This document shows, one piece after another, positions 58,038 through 64,000 of a stretch of DNA of 64,000 bases. Position 1 is the first letter of the stretch, and each line of letters begins with the position of its first letter. The notes below the pieces were generated by a model that searched no databases, had not been told where the DNA came from, and saw nothing but the letters and a program-made list of their open reading frames with translations. Made by a program: the position numbers and the translations under genes. The stretch is from Octopus sinensis (taxonomy: Eukaryota), in NCBI RefSeq assembly GCF_006345805.1, contig NC_043007.1, forward strand, positions 48,174,001-48,238,000, given 5' to 3'.

Positions 58038-58145
58038 AATAATGAGGGCGATCAATTGAATATTAATTTAATTAACATCAATTTAAATCCAGTGGCCTAG
58101 CATATAGAAAAATCTGAAAATTCAGAAAAATTGTATACAATAATT

Positions 58146-58197
<52 letters not shown>

Positions 58198-59565
58198 ATG
58201 CATATAAGAAACGATGACCACTAAGTGGACATCCAATATGCTAGAAATAGATCACCTACGATCTAACCACAAATACACACACACTCAGTAAGAGAGAGAT
58301 GTACGCTCGTCTGTTTATTTTATTGCCTTTGTCCATTGGACTCTGCCTATGCTGGAGCACTGCCTTCTCTTTCTCATAATGAATTATATGAACGCCACTG
58401 GTAATTTACCAACATTTTCGTCGATCATGAAAAGTTGCGGCTGTTTCAAAATCCCCCATGGGTGAAGTATGAGAAAAAGGTACCCACGCCCCAAATTGAC
58501 ATTTCTAATGTCAATTTATTATAAGACGTTAAATTACGTGTTAAATATGGTAAAGGGAGGTAACTTTTAAAATCGTTGTTATAAATGATGTCCCTTGCAT
58601 TCAATATTTTATAATTCGGCTTTTTTGCTTTTTTGTGTGTTACTGAATTCTATAGCGATTGAGTCCTGTTGGAGAAAATTTTTATTGCCACTACAAGTAA
58701 TTATTTATTTGATTTTACATTATCGCATAAGAGCTAGGCAGGGGTGAAAAAGAGAGGAAGCGAACAATCTTTTGACTGTTGCTGTTGTTGTTACAGCTGC
58801 TGCTGTTACTGCTACTGCAATTGCCTCTGTCTCTGCTGCTGCTGCTGCTGCTATTGCTGTCGCTGCTACTGCTGTTGTTGTTGTTGTTGTTGTTACGCTA
58901 CTGTTGCTGTAATTGCTGGTGTTGCTGCAACTGTTGTTTAACCCAGATTGGCCCTCATGAAGTAATTCTATTATCAAAGATGTTCCATTCAGAACTCTTC
59001 TGTTTTTGCAGAGGTATTTAAGATCATGCTACCCAAGACATTCTTATACATAGTATAGTGAAGGTGACTTGACTGATATTTTCTGCAAGTTGAGCACCAG
59101 CTAGGAACGTTTCAATACCTTAGGCCAATTGCAAATACATAAGAACAAGTTAAGGCCATGTCTATGCCGACAGGAGGAATGAAACTTTAATTTTGCAAGT
59201 TAATAAATATAAACTTATCTTTTATTTTTTACTTATTTCAGTCTTTAGACTGCGGTCATGCTGGGGTGCTTCCTTGAATAGTTGACTCCAGTACATTTTG
59301 TAAAGCCTGGTAATAATTGTAAGGGTTTCTTTTACCGAACTGCTTTTACGGAGATGTAAACACACAGCACCGGTTGTCAAGAAGTGTTGGGGGACAAACA
59401 CAAACACAAAAACACACACTTACACACACACACAGAGGTAGAGAGAGAGAGAGTGAGAAAGAGAGAGAGAGATGTGTGTGTGTATAAATAGAGTAGTAGT
59501 ACAAGACACCAATGTTTACTGAAAATAGCTGTAGATACATTTACGACGCTATAGTAAAGCTTCAA

Positions 59566-59622
<57 letters not shown>

Positions 59623-59747
59623 CTTCTTTCCTTGTCCGTCTACCAAATCCACTCACAAAGCTTTGGTTAGAAGACACTTGCTCAAGTGGGACTGAACCCA
59701 GAACCAACTGGTTGGGAAGCAAGGTTCTTACCACACAGTTACGCCAA

Positions 59748-59807
<60 letters not shown>

Positions 59808-59928
59808 TCTCTACACACACACCTGGGCAAGTGTCTTCTACTATAGCCTCGAGCCGACCAAAGCCCTATGAGTGGATTTGGTAGACGGAAACTGAAAGAA
59901 GACCATCGTGTGTATGTATGTATGTATG

Positions 59929-59995
<67 letters not shown>

Positions 59996-60388
59996 CTAGC
60001 AGTATCACCCGGAGTTGCTCGGGTTTGTTTCGAATCTTTAGAATTGGAATTTGGGGAAAGTAAAAGTTTTGCATTATGTAGCTTATTATTCTCTTTAAGT
60101 GAACATTTTTCTGGTTGAAATACACCGAAAAATGGCGACACAGCAGTTAAAACATCGTAAAAAATAGGGATTTTCATAGAAAAAAAAAGCACGTTTTTTA
60201 TGTAAATAATTTTTGGTGTTAACATGTCTGATTTAAATTTTTTCTTCTCTGGAAGGAAGAGCAAGCCTTCTTCTATCATGCTCTCAATTTTGGTTAACTT
60301 GCGCCGCAGGGTCTCGGAGAAGATAGTGTTAGTTGAAGGCTACCAAACCTGCCAAACACAGACAACTTCAGCTTTATATATAGAGAGA
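59996..60388 (-). mobile_element. Non-autonomous Helitron
   Basis: Minus strand: A|TCTCTCTATATATAAAG start, CCCGAGCAACTCCGGG hairpin, CTAG|T end. Confidence 0.88.
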
Positions 60389-60422
60389 TATAGTGCATGC
60401 ATGTGTTTTGTACGTATATATG

Positions 60423-60485
<63 letters not shown>

Positions 60486-60884
60486 CTGAAGCGATTCACA
60501 CATACATGCATACATAATAACACCTGTCTGTCTGTTTTTGTCTGTCAATCACTCACTAAAAAGAAATTTTTTTAATGTTATCTTTCTCTCTCTCTCTCCC
60601 TCTCCCTCCCTCTCTTTACACCGTCGCTAGGACAATAATGTCGTCACTACAGTGGATTTCTCCGCCGTGAATATTGAAGTTATGGCTTAAAATTATTTAC
60701 GGCTATTCGCGGGTGCCTCAGGGGAAAATAATTTGATGAAAATACAGCTAGGATCGTGACGAATGTACTCCTAAAATTTGAGCGACATGCGTGCTAATTT
60801 GTGGATGTGCATAAACTACAATCACGTACACACACACACACACATCATGCATTATATATATAAAGATATATATATCTCCAACGC

Positions 60885-61410
60885 ACCATTATCCGAGCTT
60901 TCCGGCATCTCCAGTCCGACCCGTCCACTTCACACATCTTCCCTAAACGACCCCTCCCCTCCGTCAAACGAGCCCATAACCTACGAGGCCTCTTGGTCCA
61001 CAGCTTCTTCTCCAACCCTATCTCCCAGTCTGGCTCGTTCCCTTGCTCCCACCACGCTGCCGCACTTGCCCATACCTCTCCAACACCACCCTCCTCACCA
61101 GCACCCATCATCGACCCTATCGCATCATTGACTCCTTCACCTGCACCTCCAGCAATATCATCTATTGCATCTCCTGCTCTCTCTCTGCCATTCCCTGTAC
61201 ATCGGACAAACGGGACGCCGCTTGGCTGACCAGTTCGCGGAACACCTCCGAGACATCCGCCTCAGCAATGACACCCCGGTCTCACGCCATTTCGCTCCAC
61301 CGGTCACTCCTTGCAACACCTGTGTGTGTTCGGATTGTCCTTGCATAGAGGCCATCCGGACTCCCATTTGCGCTGTGGACAGAGATTAATCTTCTCTCTT
61401 CGGTCTTTTA
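60885..61410 (+). mobile_element. PLE GIY-YIG endonuclease remnant (Neptune/Poseidon-like)
   Basis: DSFTCTSSNIIYCISCS..LYIGQTGRRLADQFAEHLRDI...PVSRHF with a frameshift. Confidence 0.85.
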
Positions 61411-61419
61411 CGCCATTTG

Positions 61420-61960
61420 GGCTCAACTCTCCTCCCCTTTTCATCTAACCTCCTCCCCAACTCCTACTTCTCTTCACTCCTACATCTTTTCACCCCTACT
61501 CTCTTTCCCTCTTCTTCCCTCTTTCCCTCTACTCTCTTTCCCTCTTCTCCCCTATCCTCTTTCTGTCTGCTCTCTTTCTCTCTGCTCCTTCACTCTCTTT
61601 CTCTCCTCTCTCCTCTCTCCCCCTCCCTCCGCCTTCTCCTCTCTCCCCCTCCCTCCGCCTTCTCCCCTCTCCTTCTCCCACTCTCCTTCTCCCACTCTCC
61701 TTCTCCCCCTCTCTCTCCCCTCCTTCATCCTCCTTCCCACCCATCCCACCCCTCCTCCTTCTTCCCACCCAACTCTCCTCTCTTGCCCCAACTCCTACTT
61801 CTCTTCACTCCTACTTCACTCCTACATCACTTCACTGCTACTTCTCTTCACCCCCTACTGTATTTCCATCTTCTCTCTTACTCTCTTTCTCTCTTCTCCT
61901 CTCCTCTCTCCTCTCTCTTCTCTCCTCCTCTCTCTCCTTACATACCCACCTTCCCCTATA
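61420..61960. repeat. About 540-bp polypyrimidine/polypurine (CT-rich) tract
   Basis: Almost exclusively C and T on the plus strand. Confidence 0.9.
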
Positions 61961-62311
61961 TGACTTCCCGTTTGATATATATATATATATAATTCCAAGA
62001 GAGTTAGAGGTTGTAAATCCAACCAACAAAGGGATAATATCTATCCAATGTACTGCTGGTAGAATACCCAATTATTAATACACAAGTGTTTGTTTTGTTT
62101 TGTTTTTTTTGCGTGGAAATTACACTACTGAATGTAGCAGTTGCATGAGAGTAAAAAGTTATTTTACTCTTAAGTTATACGGCAATAAGAAAATGGAGGA
62201 AACCAGAGGTGGTATTCATCAACTTTTAGACATTATATTATGTCTATTTATTTATTTAAACAAAAAAAAATTATAACAATATACATACATTTATAATGCT
62301 TTTGCTTTACA

Positions 62312-62500
62312 TCTCTATATTATAAATCTGAAATGCGAAAAGTTTGTTTGTTTGTTTGTCTGGTTTTGGCATTGAGAACGGGTTAAAGGCCACTAGATCC
62401 CGTCGGATTGATTCCAAAATTTACAGGGACATGTAAAATGAGGTGAGGATGTTAGTGGACATCTTAAAAGGTGTCGTTGCTAGGACCAAAACTCACTTTG
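62312..62500 (+). mobile_element. Helitron-like 5' end
   Basis: A|TCTCTATATTATAAATCTG..GTTTGTTTG; no 3' CTAG/hairpin located. Confidence 0.45.
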
Positions 62501-62812
62501 ACAAGTCTACTCTCATTCTTTTATGTATCTGTCTTTCTCCGTCACTCACTCTCTTTCCTCACTTTCCATCACTTTCTATATATAACGTCGTTTCACGGCG
62601 TCGAACTCCCTTACCTTCACTTTCTCTTTATAACGTCGTGTCACGGCGTTCTATATCTCCCCCCTCCCTGCCTTCGACAGCGGTTTCACACACACTCACT
62701 CTCTACGTCTGTCTGCATTCATAGAGAGAATTATCATCCCCACCACCACCACACAATCATGAGAACAAATATTATGAATCAGATATTTATTGGGTTAATT
62801 TATATATATGTT

Positions 62813-62854
<42 letters not shown>

Positions 62855-63171
62855 CTATATATAAATATGTATATATAATGTATATATACAAAGTGTATAT
62901 ATCTGTATTTATGTATATTAAACTTTTTAATACTTTTTGATAGTTATATATATATTTTTTTAATTATAAATATAAATTAAAAATTTTAATTTTAAATTTA
63001 AATAATTTAAATTTTTCAATTTTATATTTTCTATATTTTCTATATTATATTTTTTATTTTTATGTTTTGGTTTATGTTTTTCACTGTTTGATTTGCCTAT
63101 TAGTGGTTTTATCTCTAATTTAATTTATACGTATATATATAATTTGTATACATTTGTATATATAATGCGTG

Positions 63172-63253
<82 letters not shown>

Positions 63254-63498
63254 CATTATGTGGTCGGTTGAGCTGAAAATATGCACACCTATGTTAAAAG
63301 TGCTAGCAAGTTTGCATGACAACTATTTTTTTCCTCAAATGAAAGGCGTGACCTCTGACAAAATTCCTCATTTTATAAAATGTGGCACCAGTAGACCCGA
63401 TTGAAATCGGGTTATATTAACCAAAATGTGAAATGGGGTCTAAATGGGGCTGGAAGGGGATTAAAATTTAAAAGAGCGGGTGTTTAGGAATTCTCTGT

Positions 63499-63790
63499 TA
63501 CATCAAGCTAAAAAATTTGCGCCAGCCTTTTAATCGTCAATGTGTTGCCGTCCATGATGAAGAAGTTTTGAATACTTGCCATGGTGAGTCTACTGTCGTG
63601 AGAAAGAATCACTTCAAAACTTGGTGTTTACGAATTTTCTTTTACATCAAGTTCAAAATTTTACGCCAGCCGTTAAACTGTCAATACGTTGCTGTCCGTC
63701 GTTAAGAAATGCCAGCCATGGTGACTCTACTATCCTCAGATTCTATCCCTTCAAACTTTGGTTTCCAATATTTTATTATTTTTATTCAGC
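63499..63790. repeat. Degenerate tandem duplication, unit about 144 bp
   Basis: TACATCAAG..GCCAGCC..GCCATGGTGA.TCTACT occurs twice (about 63499 and 63643). Confidence 0.7.
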
Positions 63791-64000
63791 TCGCAAGTTC
63801 GTCTGTCCCTTTTAAATGTTAGCGTTTTGCTGTCTGCCTTGAAGCAGACCTTTCCGTTGTCACTGCCTGATATTTATGATTGATCTTTCAAACTACTTTC
63901 TTTCTCAATTTACTCAAGATCTTTTGTTGTTTATAAATGGGAGAGAGATAGATAGAGAAAGATAGAGAGTAAGAGAAAGCGAGGGAGAGTCCGAGAGAAA

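Noticed and set aside
58720-59021. Poly-Cys, poly-Ala and poly-Leu ORFs
   Set aside because: They are (CTG/TTG)n microsatellite translations.

Overview
AT-rich, microsatellite-dense animal DNA. The SINE and MITE families resemble those I recall from octopus genomes, so the taxon is an inference. One host gene is supported: a 5'-partial, + strand gene with nine visible coding exons (4062-24104, 256 aa reconstructed). Its order is CAP/SCP domain, hinge, EGF-like, ShKT, Thr-rich stalk and a hydrophobic C-terminus resembling a GPI signal. The rest is mostly transposable elements. These include an RTE LINE, R4/Dong-type RLE LINE fragments, two Tx1/L1 LINEs and several Penelope-like elements (PLEs). 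One PLE is Nematis-like, with 0.69-kb terminal inverted repeats that each carry a hammerhead ribozyme motif. Also present are Helitrons, mariner/Tc1, hAT and piggyBac derivatives, a non-coding LTR element with a tRNA-Trp PBS, and many SINEs. Most notable: (1) a Tx1 LINE and a SINE carrying a similar 3' tail that insert repeatedly at one position of another SINE (target motif about RRTAYTTCR); (2) the inverted-terminus PLE with ribozymes; (3) minimal hammerheads with a shared CUGUNGA core variant; (4) a probably membrane-anchored CAP-EGF-ShKT protein with an altered CAP metal site. Exon and junction coordinates were counted by hand, and the boundaries of decayed elements are approximate.
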